The notes beneath the pieces are model-generated. The model had not been told where the DNA came from. It ran no database searches and saw only the letters and a list, made by a program, of their open reading frames with translations. Positions 1-9,505 of a DNA stretch of 64,000 nucleotides are shown in pieces. A program made the position numbers and the translations under genes. This stretch comes from Elusimicrobiota bacterium (GTDB lineage: Bacteria > Elusimicrobiota > Elusimicrobia > UBA1565 > JACRDR01), in assembly GCA_041694815.1 (NCBI GenBank), contig JBGFSC010000025.1:8893-72892 (forward strand), in the 5' to 3' direction. Position 1 is the stretch's first letter; every line of letters starts with the position of its first letter.

Positions 1-3000
1 CGCGCGAACGGGCGCTGGCCCAATTCTCGACCCCCTACGACCCGGATTTCCCGACCCCCGAGGAGCGCCCACGGCCCGAGGCGAAACCCGCCTTGCCCGT
101 CTACGACGAGGGGGCCGAAGAGGCGCCCGCCCCCACCCTCCTCCTGCCCAAAACCCTCGGGCCGTTCCTCCTCCTCGATCGTCCCGACGCCTCGCGCCTC
201 TTCGAGCGCGAGGTCTCGACCCGGCCGGCGGACCTTGCGCAGACGCTCGCGAAGCTAAAGGCCTTCCAGGTCAGCCAGGAGCGCTGGAACAAAATGCGCA
301 TCGACCGAGAATTGGGGCTGTTGCCGAGCGAGTTCGAGGAGGAGATCGCCCCGCTGCCCCCGAGCGAGATATTCGTCTCCACCGACCACCCCAAGCCCCC
401 GCCGCCCGAAGTCGAGTTGCCCAGCTACGGCACCAGCCTCGCCATCACGGGCCGCAAAGTGGTCGGTTTTGCCTTCAGCGAGAAGCGCTTTCTCAACGAA
501 CAAACCACCACGGGGCGGCCCAAGAGCCTCAACCTCATCGACATCACCCAACAGCTGCAGCTGCGCATGCAGGGAAAGGTAGGCCCCAAGATCACCGTCA
601 ACGTCGACTACGATGACACCAAGATCAACAAGCAGGACATCTCCGTCGTCTACACCGGAGACCCCAACGAGGTGGTCCAAAACGCCTCCTTCGGCGATAT
701 CGACCTATCGTTGCCGGCCACCGAGTTCGTCAGCTATAACAAGCAGCTCTTCGGCATACGGGCGGACATCAAGTGGAAGGGGCTCAAGAGCAGCTTCATC
801 GGCAGCCGTACGAAGGGAACGACCAAGTCCAAGCAATTCATCGGCAATTCCCAATTCGTCTCCACCGACATCCTCGATACCAACTACATCCGACGCGTCT
901 ATTACGACGTAGCTTTCGGCGATCCCACGCGGCTGCCAATCCGCGCCGGGACCGAGCGGGTGTACCTCGCTCAGAACGACCCCAAGGCCGTCAATACGAA
1001 CTCCCTAACCTTGAGCGCAGACGACCTCGGGGTGCCCACCTCCAGCTTCACGGGGACCTTCACCCAACTGGCGCCGGGCCAGGATTACACGATCGACTAT
1101 ATTCGCGGCATCGTGACCTTCCGCCTAGCCGTGCAGCCGCAATTCGTCGTCGCCATCGACTATATCGACGCGACGGGGGCCCCACTCTCCCAGCAGACAT
1201 CCTCCGCGAAGTCCGGGGGGACCGGGCTGGCCAAGCTCATCAAGACCTTCGGGGACGTCCCCATCGTCTCCTCGACCACCGAGCAGGGCTACAACCGGGA
1301 ACTCAAGACCTTCTATTCGCTGGGGCAGAACCAGGTGATCCGCGACAACGGCCGCGGAAACTTCATCCTGAAGGTGCTCGACCCCAAGCGCAACGAGGTA
1401 GGGCCCGACCTCGTGCCGGCGCAGAAATACCCCGACACGATCGAGGTGGACTTCGAGAACGGCCTCTTCCGGCTCCAACAGCCCTTCGGCCTTAGCGTCT
1501 CCTCGCCGATCCCGGACCCCGACATCTACGCGCCCAATCCGATCTCCAAGAGGCTCATCCACGCCGAGTTCTCTTTCCGGGTGAGGACCTTCTTCCTAGA
1601 GCCCAACCTGGTACTCCAGTCGGAGGTAGCGCTCATCGACGGGGTGCGCCTGGTCCGCAACGTGGATTACTTCATCGACTACGATTCCGGCTTCATCACC
1701 TTCTTCAACGACGAGCGCATCAGGCCGCAATCGATCATCGACATCAGCTACGAGGTAGCCCCCTTCACCGGAGTGACGACCGAGAGCATCCTGGGCGGGC
1801 GCGTCTCGTACGATTTCGGCTCCCACTGGTCGGTGGGCTCCACCGTGCTCTACCAGGCGGGCTCCAAGCCGCCCACGGTTCCCAGCGTCAACGACCTAGC
1901 CAAGAGCCTGCTCATCTACGAGGGCGACAGCCAGCTCAAGGACCTGCGCCTGCTCAAATGGCTCAAGGCCACCTTCCAGGTCGAATACGCGCGCAGCCAT
2001 GAGGACCCCAACCTCTCGCGCTACGCGTTGATCGACAACATGGAGGGCATCAAGCAGACCGACGTAGCCTCGACCTTCGCGACGAATTGGCAGATCGCCG
2101 CCAACCCGACGCAGGGTCCCGCCGACCCCCTGGCCTTGAACTGGATCACCGAGGACGTCACTACCCTGCAGATTAATCCGAACGCCCAGGCCACTCCCTC
2201 GGACAACACGAAGGTGCTCAACTTCCAGTACGACTTCAACGTCAGCGCCTCGACCGAGGTGTCCTTGGTCTACGTCTTCTCCCCCACGGGGCTGGACTTC
2301 TCGCAGAAGCAGCTACTGGAGGTCATCATGCTCGGTGATGCCTCCAACAACGAAATCAACTTTACCCTCGGGGGCATCGATGAGAACGCCGACGGCACCG
2401 GTGCCTTCCGCACCGAGGACGCCAACAACGATGGCATCCTGCAGGCCACCGAGGACATTGGCTTCCTCTACGCGCCCCTCGGGAAGAACTCCAGGCGGTA
2501 CGGGGCGGGCAACGGACGCATCGACAGCGCAGACCTCAACAAGAACGGGCGCATCGACCCGGCCGACACCTCGGGCGACAGCTACGGCTACAATTTCTCC
2601 GCCCTGACCCCCGTGCACGCCAACCTCTTCGATACGACGACCAACTCGACGCGCACGGTCATCGACTTCGGAGGCACCACCTGGCATACGTTCCAGATCC
2701 CGCTCAACATCTCCAGCGCCACGGCGACGCGCTGGACGGCCATCAAGGAGCTGCGCATTTCGATCCGCCGGCGTCCCGGGGGCGCGGCCAGCGGCGTGCT
2801 CAAATTCGCCCGCCTGGCCGTCGTGGGGAACTCATGGCAGCGCGGCCAGGCCGGCGACCCGTTCACCGGTGCGGGGGCCAAGGGCAATGAATCCCTCTCG
2901 GTGACCGCCGTCAACAACGTCGACAACACGAATTACGTGCCGATCTACAATTACGGCGGCGACGCGCAGTCGACCTTCAACGATCTCTACGGCTCCCTGG

Positions 3001-5426
3001 GCAATCTGCAGCAGCAGAGCAACTCGAAGAATGTCCAGGAACAGTCCCTCCAACTGCTCTGGGGCGAATTGGCCGCAGGCACCACCGTGTTCACGAAAAG
3101 GGTCTTCCCCCGTTCGATCAACATCAGCCAGCACCGCAAGTTCAACTTCCTCCTCTACGGCAACGCCGATCCCAACAACGTCGACACGACCGGCAACCGC
3201 GTCTTCTTCCTGCGGGTCGGCTCCGACGCGAATTTCTTCGAGGTACGCATCCCCATCGACTTCGTCGGCTGGCGGCGCTTCACCATTGACCAGATCGACA
3301 CCACCGGAGGCCAGATCGCAACGGGCTGGACGATCGGGGACCACGCCACGCCACGTACCGTCGTCTTCTCCACCGGGGCGCCGAACCTCCAGCAGGTGGG
3401 CTCTCTCATCGCCGGCCTCTACACCGGCGCCGGGGTTCCCACCAAGGGCGCGGTGTTTTTGAATGAGATCTACCTCGCCGACCCCATCACCCGCATCGGC
3501 ACGGCGCAGAAGATACAGCTGGACTTCGATGTGCCCGGCTGGATGAGCTTCGGAGGCAAATACCGCTCCGTCGACCGCAACTACATGACGCCGACCACCG
3601 TCATCTCCAACCAGGACAACCGGCAGGATACCGCCTACCTCAATTTCGTGCGGCTGCCCTTCTTCCCGATGAATTTCACCGTCGCCCGGCAGATCATCCA
3701 GACGCCCAACGTCGCGCAGACGGGCGATCTCTCCAACCTGGTCAACCTGCTCCAGTCGGGCAAGGTGACCACCTGGAACGGCACGGCCAACGGGGCCTTC
3801 GCCTACGGCGCCTACCCCCGCTTGAGCGTCGGCTACGTACGCGCCAGGACCGAATACGACCTGCTCACGCGCCTCGACGACCGCAACACCTACAACAGCG
3901 CGCTCAGCTACGCCGTGCCTCTCAACAACCGCTTCGTGCCCAAGACGCTCGATACCAATTTCAGCTGGAGCAAGTACTCCGTCTCCTTCGAGAACCTGGC
4001 CGTGCGCCGCTTCCCCGGCAACTTCAACACCGACGAATTCACGACGACCTACGGCGCCCGCCTGACCTTCACCCCATGGCTGGGGTCCTCCTTCAACCCC
4101 AATTTCAGCCGCACCCAAGTGAAGGAAAGCCGAAGCGACCTGACCACGGGGCCGGAGATCATCCTGCATTACCCCAAATCGATGAACCAGACGGTCGGGT
4201 TCTCGTCCAATTTCCGCTTCCTTTCGTGGTTCAATCCTTCCGTCAATTACACGCTCAACACCATCGAGAATAACGTGCTCACGCCATCGACGTTCATCGT
4301 CACCGGCTCCACCTTCAATTTCAACGTCGGCGACATCAAGACCATCAACCGCTCCGCCACGGGCGGGGTCAGCCTGCTGCTCAACATCTCCGAGATTTGG
4401 CGGACGACGCGACTATTTAGGTCCTTTAGCCTCGCCAACGGATATCAGCTGCAGGACGGCGACGTCTGGAACAACATCGAGAAGGAATACTCCTCGAAAA
4501 CCGATTTCTGGATCCGCACCCCCTTGAGGCCCCGTAACCGCGTGGCGACCCGCGCCACGCTGACCGAACGGGATACCTTCAATTCGACCCAGCGTTGGTC
4601 CCCCTTGGAGGCCTACGACATCCCGGGCCGCCCGGCCGCCTTCAAGACCTTGTCCTTGAGCAACAATTTCCTCAAGAGCATCCAGCGCACGGAGGTGACC
4701 GGCACGCCCTCGAAGACGATCGCGACGACGCTGCCCGACGTCGTGGCCTCCCTGTCCCAGGTCGAGCGCCTGCTCTGGTCCGAGCGCTGGATGGCCAACG
4801 GCCAGATCAACCTCAAGTACGCCCGCAGGACCACCGAGGTGGTCGCCACCAGCTTCTCCGAAGACGATTCGATGGGCGCCGACATGCGCGCCATTATCCG
4901 CAGGCGCTTCGACACCGCCTTCACCTTCAACATCCGCAACTCACAGAACAAGGATTTGCGCCTCGGCCTCGTCACGCAGCAGACCCACCACGAGGACGCG
5001 ACCTTACAGACCACCTTCGATATCGGGCACGTGCGCTTTACACCCAAGACGGATTACAGTTTGGACACCGCCCGGCAGGGTACGGGGGTGCAGACGCAGC
5101 ACCTGACGGTGATCACGCCCAGCATCCTGGCGCGGGCCGACCTGTCGTTGCCCCGAGGGCTCATGATGCCTTTCACGAACCGCACGCTGCTGTTTACCAA
5201 CCGCATCATCTGGACCAGCACGATCGCGATGGCGCTGCGCTCCTCGCCCGTGACGCAGGCCGACAACTCGAAGCTGCTCAATTTCAACACCAGCGCCGAT
5301 TACGAGATCGCCAAGAACCTGCGCATGACGCTCAACGGGGCCTTCTCGAGGCTATGGCACCGCTTCCTCAAGGAGGAGGACTTCATCTCCTATCAGTTCG
5401 GAACCACCCTGACGTTTCAATTCTGA
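1..5426 (+). CDS. Giant outer-membrane beta-barrel protein, SprA/Sov-like (type IX secretion translocon family); 5' end lies upstream of the window
   Basis: The reading frame is open from nt 3, with no stop before the TTG at 93, so the gene starts outside the window. It encodes more than 1800 aa with no TM helices and a beta-rich N/T/S/G/aromatic composition. Segments such as YNKQLFGIRADIKWKGLKSSFIGSRTKG resemble the SprA repeat as I recall it. The protein ends in an aromatic OMP-type terminus, LTFQF. PorV/PorQ-like and CTD-cargo genes occur elsewhere in the window. Confidence 0.65.
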   Translation, partial: RERALAQFSTPYDPDFPTPEERPRPEAKPALPVYDEGAEEAPAPTLLLPKTLGPFLLLDRPDASRLFEREVSTRPADLAQTLAKLKAFQVSQERWNKMRIDRELGLLPSEFEEEIAPLPPSEIFVSTDHPKPPPPEVELPSYGTSLAITGRKVVGFAFSEKRFLNEQTTTGRPKSLNLIDITQQLQLRMQGKVGPKITVNVDYDDTKINKQDISVVYTGDPNEVVQNASFGDIDLSLPATEFVSYNKQLFGIRADIKWKGLKSSFIGSRTKGTTKSKQFIGNSQFVSTDILDTNYIRRVYYDVAFGDPTRLPIRAGTERVYLAQNDPKAVNTNSLTLSADDLGVPTSSFTGTFTQLAPGQDYTIDYIRGIVTFRLAVQPQFVVAIDYIDATGAPLSQQTSSAKSGGTGLAKLIKTFGDVPIVSSTTEQGYNRELKTFYSLGQNQVIRDNGRGNFILKVLDPKRNEVGPDLVPAQKYPDTIEVDFENGLFRLQQPFGLSVSSPIPDPDIYAPNPISKRLIHAEFSFRVRTFFLEPNLVLQSEVALIDGVRLVRNVDYFIDYDSGFITFFNDERIRPQSIIDISYEVAPFTGVTTESILGGRVSYDFGSHWSVGSTVLYQAGSKPPTVPSVNDLAKSLLIYEGDSQLKDLRLLKWLKATFQVEYARSHEDPNLSRYALIDNMEGIKQTDVASTFATNWQIAANPTQGPADPLALNWITEDVTTLQINPNAQATPSDNTKVLNFQYDFNVSASTEVSLVYVFSPTGLDFSQKQLLEVIMLGDASNNEINFTLGGIDENADGTGAFRTEDANNDGILQATEDIGFLYAPLGKNSRRYGAGNGRIDSADLNKNGRIDPADTSGDSYGYNFSALTPVHANLFDTTTNSTRTVIDFGGTTWHTFQIPLNISSATATRWTAIKELRISIRRRPGGAASGVLKFARLAVVGNSWQRGQAGDPFTGAGAKGNESLSVTAVNNVDNTNYVPIYNYGGDAQSTFNDLYGSLGNLQQQSNSKNVQEQSLQLLWGELAAGTTVFTKRVFPRSINISQHRKFNFLLYGNADPNNVDTTGNRVFFLRVGSDANFFEVRIPIDFVGWRRFTIDQIDTTGGQIATGWTIGDHATPRTVVFSTGAPNLQQVGSLIAGLYTGAGVPTKGAVFLNEIYLADPITRIGTAQKIQLDFDVPGWMSFGGKYRSVDRNYMTPTTVISNQDNRQDTAYLNFVRLPFFPMNFTVARQIIQTPNVAQTGDLSNLVNLLQSGKVTTWNGTANGAFAYGAYPRLSVGYVRARTEYDLLTRLDDRNTYNSALSYAVPLNNRFVPKTLDTNFSWSKYSVSFENLAVRRFPGNFNTDEFTTTYGARLTFTPWLGSSFNPNFSRTQVKESRSDLTTGPEIILHYPKSMNQTVGFSSNFRFLSWFNPSVNYTLNTIENNVLTPSTFIVTGSTFNFNVGDIKTINRSATGGVSLLLNISEIWRTTRLFRSFSLANGYQLQDGDVWNNIEKEYSSKTDFWIRTPLRPRNRVATRATLTERDTFNSTQRWSPLEAYDIPGRPAAFKTLSLSNNFLKSIQRTEVTGTPSKTIATTLPDVVASLSQVERLLWSERWMANGQINLKYARRTTEVVATSFSEDDSMGADMRAIIRRRFDTAFTFNIRNSQNKDLRLGLVTQQTHHEDATLQTTFDIGHVRFTPKTDYSLDTARQGTGVQTQHLTVITPSILARADLSLPRGLMMPFTNRTLLFTNRIIWTSTIAMALRSSPVTQADNSKLLNFNTSADYEIAKNLRMTLNGAFSRLWHRFLKEEDFISYQFGTTLTFQF

Positions 5427-5465
5427 TGCTGAAACCCCGAGCCACGCGCCCAAAGCGCGGAACGA

Positions 5466-5515
5466 CGGTGCCAGGGATTGACTTTCGCCTAGGCGAAAGT
5501 CAATCCCTGGCACCG
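5466..5515. repeat. Perfect 50-bp palindrome (25+25) between the sprA-like gene and comF
   Basis: cGGTGCCAGGGATTGACTTTCGCCT / AGGCGAAAGTCAATCCCTGGCACCg. I reverse-complemented the left arm by hand and it equals the right arm with no mismatch. No U-tract follows on either strand. Confidence 0.9.
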
Positions 5516-5560
5516 CCAAAAAACAATGGAACTATTTCCCCGAAAACTCGTACTTGTATC

Positions 5561-6205
5561 ATGCGCTCCTGGCGGCGAGTCGCTCTCGATTGGATCGCCC
5601 CCCGGAGCTGCGCGGATTGCCGCATGGATCTCCCGCCTCCGCTGCAGGGGCCGCTCTGCGGCGCCTGCCTGCGCGCCCTAAGGCCTTGGGAGGGAACGAT
5701 TGAAGCGACCCCCTCGCTGCTCGGCGTCCAGGCGGCGTTCGCCTATAAGCGACCCCTGTCCCAACTCCTGTTCGCCTTCAAATACCGCGGCCGCCTCCAG
5801 GCGGGCGGGGCCTTGGCGGCCTGGATGGCCGGCACGTATCGCCAAAAGCCCGAGCTCCATGGGGCCGACTGCGTCGTGCCGGTGCCGCTGCACCCGCGCC
5901 GCCTTCGCGAACGCGGATTCAACCAGGCGGAGATACTGGCGGAGTCGGTCGCCCGGGCCGCGGGAGCCCCCCTACGGCGGGACTTGCGGCGGGTCCGCAA
6001 TACCGCCCCGCAATGGCGGCTAAACCGCGTCCAGCGCGCCGAGAACTTGCGCGGCGCCTTCGAGGCCCCCGCTCCGCTGCCCTACGCACGCGCGCTGCTC
6101 GTCGACGACGTCTATACCTCCGGCGGGACCCTGGAGGACTGCGCCAGGGCGCTCAAAGCGGCGGGCGTTTCGGCCGTCAAGGCCTACGTGCTCGCGCGGG
6201 ACTAA
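5561..6205 (+). CDS. comF: ComF family protein (amidophosphoribosyltransferase-like)
   Basis: N-terminal Cys pairs (CADC...CGAC), the FAFKYRG motif, VPVPLHPRRLRERGFNQAE, and the PRTase motif LLVDDVYTSGGT. The ATG at 5561 is in frame with the track ORF 4595..6205. The upstream part of that ORF overlaps the sprA-like gene and is rejected. Confidence 0.85.
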   Translation: MRSWRRVALDWIAPRSCADCRMDLPPPLQGPLCGACLRALRPWEGTIEATPSLLGVQAAFAYKRPLSQLLFAFKYRGRLQAGGALAAWMAGTYRQKPELHGADCVVPVPLHPRRLRERGFNQAEILAESVARAAGAPLRRDLRRVRNTAPQWRLNRVQRAENLRGAFEAPAPLPYARALLVDDVYTSGGTLEDCARALKAAGVSAVKAYVLARD

Positions 6206-8040
6206 CGGATGCCTAGCAGCTTCTTCCACCAAGGCGAAGGGCGGGATGCGGCCGCCTTGGGGATGGGGACATCGGCCGGCGGGGTATGAAAGGGAAGGGT
6301 GAACAGGAAGCTCGAGCCGCGGCCCAGGTCGCTGACCACCCACATCTGGCCTTTTTGCATGTGGATGAGGGCCTTGGCGATCGCCAGGCCGAGCCCCGTG
6401 CCTCCCACGTGCTTTTCGCCCGCGGCGATCTGGACGAATTTTTGGAATATCTTCTCTTGGTCCTCCTTGGCGATCCCGGGGCCGGTGTCGGTCACCGAGA
6501 ACTGGACCAGGCGCTCGCGCGCCTTGGGTTCGAGCCGCACGGAGATCTTGCCCCCCTTGGGAGTGAACTTGATGGCGTTGGAAAGCAGGTTGACGAGCAC
6601 CTGCACCGTCCGGCGGATATCGGCATGGATGGGCGGAAGGTTGGGCGGCGCGTCCAATGTGAGGGAGATACCCTTCTTCTGGGACCAGGGCTGAAGGCTT
6701 TCCACCGCCTCGCGCGCGATCCTTTCCGGGGCGACTGGCTCCGGGCGCACGCTCATCTGCCCCGATTCGATCTTGCCGAAATCCAGGATGTCGCGGATGA
6801 GGTCGGCCAGGCGGTCGGAGTTGCGCAGGGCGGTGTTGAACATGCGCTCGTCGTCGGGACTCAATTTGCCCTGGAACTGCCCCTGCAGGAGCTCGAGGGC
6901 GGCGCGGATGGCCGACAAGGGGGCGCGCAGCTCATGCGTGACATGCGCCACGAATTCCCGCTCCACCCGGGCGAGCTCCTTCTGCTTCGTGATGTCGGGA
7001 AGCACGGAAACCAACCCGACCGTCTTGCCCGCCTCGTTTTGGACGACGGCGGCGGAGGCCCGCAAGGTGCGCTTGGTCTCGTCGGTGCTCATCACCGAGA
7101 CTTCCTGGTTGATCGGTCGGTCCTGCGGGGCGTTGATCTCCGCGGCCAAAGCCATCAGATGCTCTTCCTTGACGTTGTCGGCCAGCGGCTTACCCGCCGC
7201 CTCGGCGAGCCGCTTGCCGTATATTTCCTCGGCCGCGGGATTCATCATCAGCACCTTGCCCTGCTCGTCGACGACGACGACGCCCTCGGCCATCTGCGTC
7301 AATACGGTCTGCGTACGTATCTGCTCGTTCTCGATCTGGGTTTTCTCGCGCCGGAGCCCCTCGGTGGCCTGCCGTACCTTGTCCTCGAGCTCCTGGCGAA
7401 TCCTCTGCAGGACCAGCTCGGTCAGCCGGCCCTGGTCCTGCGGGTCGACAGCGGAGGCCTTGACCAGCGCGTCGATGGTCTGCTCCAGCGTGGCGTTCTC
7501 CAGGCGTTCCGCCAACTTCTGCGCCTCGCCCGACGGCGCCGCGGCGGCGGCCGGCCGCTCCGCGGGCAGCGGCGCCTCGGGCTGCTGCCCGACCTTAGCG
7601 TAAATCGCCTCGTTGAGGCTGATATGCGTCAGCTGCCGCTCGGCCAAGAAAGCGGCCGGGTCGACGGCCTTGGCCTGCTCGGGGCGCAGTGCCGCCATCT
7701 CGCAGAGCGCCGACAATTCCGATACGGGAAGCCCGGGCTTGAAGCTGACGCTGGAGAGGCGATGCCGTGTGAAGAACTGGGTGATGGAGCTCGGAAGCTG
7801 CGAGGAGGCCCCGACCACACGACCGTTGGCGATAAGCTTCTCCTGGTCGATCGAAAAGGCGAGCTCCGACTGGACCTGGGCCAACAACTGCTGGAGCAGG
7901 GCATGGGACTGCTCGATCGTCGCCGCGACCGTGGGATGGCCGATCCGGTAGAGATTCATCTGGCTCAAGGCCTTGCCCAGGGCCTTCAAGGCCTCCAGGC
8001 AAAGAAACTCGAACGACCCGGCGGCGGGGGAGGCGGCCAT
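6202..8040 (-). CDS. Cytoplasmic PAS sensor histidine kinase
   Basis: H-box HVTHELRAPLSAI, a PAS-like segment (MAEGVVVVDEQGKVLMMNPAAEEIYG), and an HATPase with N-box LLSNAIKFTP and G-boxes DTGPGI / GGTGLGLAI. The start lies 2 nt after the stop of the upstream dehydrogenase gene. Its stop codon overlaps the comF stop (CTAA at 6202-6205). Confidence 0.9.
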   Translation of the reverse strand: MAASPAAGSFEFLCLEALKALGKALSQMNLYRIGHPTVAATIEQSHALLQQLLAQVQSELAFSIDQEKLIANGRVVGASSQLPSSITQFFTRHRLSSVSFKPGLPVSELSALCEMAALRPEQAKAVDPAAFLAERQLTHISLNEAIYAKVGQQPEAPLPAERPAAAAAPSGEAQKLAERLENATLEQTIDALVKASAVDPQDQGRLTELVLQRIRQELEDKVRQATEGLRREKTQIENEQIRTQTVLTQMAEGVVVVDEQGKVLMMNPAAEEIYGKRLAEAAGKPLADNVKEEHLMALAAEINAPQDRPINQEVSVMSTDETKRTLRASAAVVQNEAGKTVGLVSVLPDITKQKELARVEREFVAHVTHELRAPLSAIRAALELLQGQFQGKLSPDDERMFNTALRNSDRLADLIRDILDFGKIESGQMSVRPEPVAPERIAREAVESLQPWSQKKGISLTLDAPPNLPPIHADIRRTVQVLVNLLSNAIKFTPKGGKISVRLEPKARERLVQFSVTDTGPGIAKEDQEKIFQKFVQIAAGEKHVGGTGLGLAIAKALIHMQKGQMWVVSDLGRGSSFLFTLPFHTPPADVPIPKAAASRPSPWWKKLLGIR

Positions 8041-8042
8041 GA

Positions 8043-9353
8043 TCAGAGGCGGCTGAGCTTGGGGTTACGCACGCCGCCCAGGGCGTTGCGGGCGTCGAAG
8101 ACGCGTTTGGAGGCGCGCAGCACGCCCGCGTAATCCACGCCGGAATGGGCGGTGAGCACGGCCACCACGTCGCTTCCCTTGAGCGCCGCCTTGGTGAGCG
8201 GCGTCGAGCGCAGCGTCTTCCCCGCAAGCTCCAGCCTCGGGACGAAGCGGTCGTGGTAGCGCACCCTAGCCCCGTCGCGCAGCAACAGGCTAATCACGTC
8301 CAAGGCCGGGGACTCGCGCACGTCCCGCACGTCGGGCTTGTAGGCGACACCCAGGACCAGCACGCGGCTGCCCTTGAGCGCGAGGCTGTCCTCGTTGAGC
8401 AGCCCCGAGATGCGGCGGACCGTGTATTCGGGCATCGAGGCGTTGATGACGCCCGCCAATTCGATGAAGCGAGGCTCGAAATTGAGGGATTTCATCTTCC
8501 ACGCCAGGTAATGGGGATCGAGCGGTATGCAATGGCCCCCGATGCCGGGACCGGGAAAGAAGGGCATGTACCCGAACGGCTTGGTCGCGGCCGCCGATAC
8601 GATCTCCCAGACGTCCAAGCCCAGCTTATCGCACATGAGGGCGATCTCGTTAACGAGGCCGATGTTGACAGCCCGGAAAGTGTTTTCCAGCAGCTTGACC
8701 ATCTCGGCCGACTCGGCGCAGGAAACCGGCACCACCTTCTGGATGATCTGCGCGTATAACGCGGCGGCGCGTTCCGTACAGGCTGCGGTCAGCCCGCCTA
8801 CCACCTTCGGGGTATTCGCGATGCGGTATTGGCGGTTGCCGGGGTCGACCCTCTCCGGCGAGAAGGCCAAGTAGAAATCGGAGCCCACCCTCATGCCCTT
8901 TTTCTCGAGCAAAGGAAGCATCAGCTCGCGAGTGGTGCCGGGGTAGGTCGTGCTCTCGAGCACGATGAGCTGTCCCTTCTTGAGCCGCGGGGCGATCTCG
9001 CGGGAGGCGGCGAGGATGTAGCTGACGTCGGGCTCCTTGCTCTTGCGCAGCGGGGTGGGCACGCAAATGACGACGGCGTCGAGGCCCTTGAGGGAATCGA
9101 AACGCCCTGTGGCCTTAAATAACCCCGAGCGCACCAGCCCCGCCAACTGCCCGGACGGCACATCCGCCACGTGGGAGACGCCCCGATTGAGTGAGCGTAT
9201 GACGCCCTCGTCGACCTCGAAGCCGACGACCTCGAAGCCCTTTTCGGCGAACTCCACGGCGAGCGGCAGGCCGACGTAACCCAGCCCCAATATGCCGATC
9301 TTGGCGGTCTTATCCTCGATGCGGTCGAGCAAGGTGGGCATGAACTTTTTCAT
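8043..9353 (-). CDS. Nucleotide-sugar dehydrogenase, UDP-N-acetyl-D-glucosamine/mannosamine 6-dehydrogenase type
   Basis: Rossmann motif IGILGLGYVGLPLAVEFAEKG, catalytic region GPGIGGHCIPLDP, and a C-terminal UDP-binding domain. The start is taken at MKKF (ATG at 9353) rather than the longer track ORF. Confidence 0.85.
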   Translation of the reverse strand: MKKFMPTLLDRIEDKTAKIGILGLGYVGLPLAVEFAEKGFEVVGFEVDEGVIRSLNRGVSHVADVPSGQLAGLVRSGLFKATGRFDSLKGLDAVVICVPTPLRKSKEPDVSYILAASREIAPRLKKGQLIVLESTTYPGTTRELMLPLLEKKGMRVGSDFYLAFSPERVDPGNRQYRIANTPKVVGGLTAACTERAAALYAQIIQKVVPVSCAESAEMVKLLENTFRAVNIGLVNEIALMCDKLGLDVWEIVSAAATKPFGYMPFFPGPGIGGHCIPLDPHYLAWKMKSLNFEPRFIELAGVINASMPEYTVRRISGLLNEDSLALKGSRVLVLGVAYKPDVRDVRESPALDVISLLLRDGARVRYHDRFVPRLELAGKTLRSTPLTKAALKGSDVVAVLTAHSGVDYAGVLRASKRVFDARNALGGVRNPKLSRL

Positions 9354-9458
9354 TGTATGTAACCCGCAGGAGCGCGTCAATAATTCCAATCGGCGCGTCG
9401 TTTGCGCCGAGTCCGGTCGGACCCCCACGGGGTCCGACCGATCCGTCGGGGGCCAACC

Positions 9459-9487
9459 TTGAATCCTCCTTTCATAAGTCCTATGAT
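9459..9487 (+). promoter_or_regulatory. Sigma70-type promoter upstream of ugd
   Basis: TTGAAT - 17 nt - TATGAT, counted by hand, 18 nt upstream of the ATG at 9506. Confidence 0.5.
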
Positions 9488-9505
9488 GCCGTTGTCGAAA
9501 TTCTC

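Noticed and set aside
2832-4169. A 445-aa minus-strand ORF inside the sprA-like gene
   Set aside because: It is an antisense open frame caused by GC3 bias, with no recognisable motif and no SD or start-codon context.
4595-5560. A 322-codon N-terminal extension of the comF ORF
   Set aside because: It overlaps the 3' end of the sprA-like gene out of frame, runs through the 50-bp palindrome, and has an Arg/Pro/His-rich nonsense composition. The ComF homology begins at the ATG at 5561.
6286-8133. A 615-aa plus-strand ORF antisense to the PAS histidine kinase
   Set aside because: This is a typical GC-rich antisense artefact (Leu/Arg/Gly/Asp-rich, no motifs). The minus-strand frame has complete HisKA/HATPase motifs.
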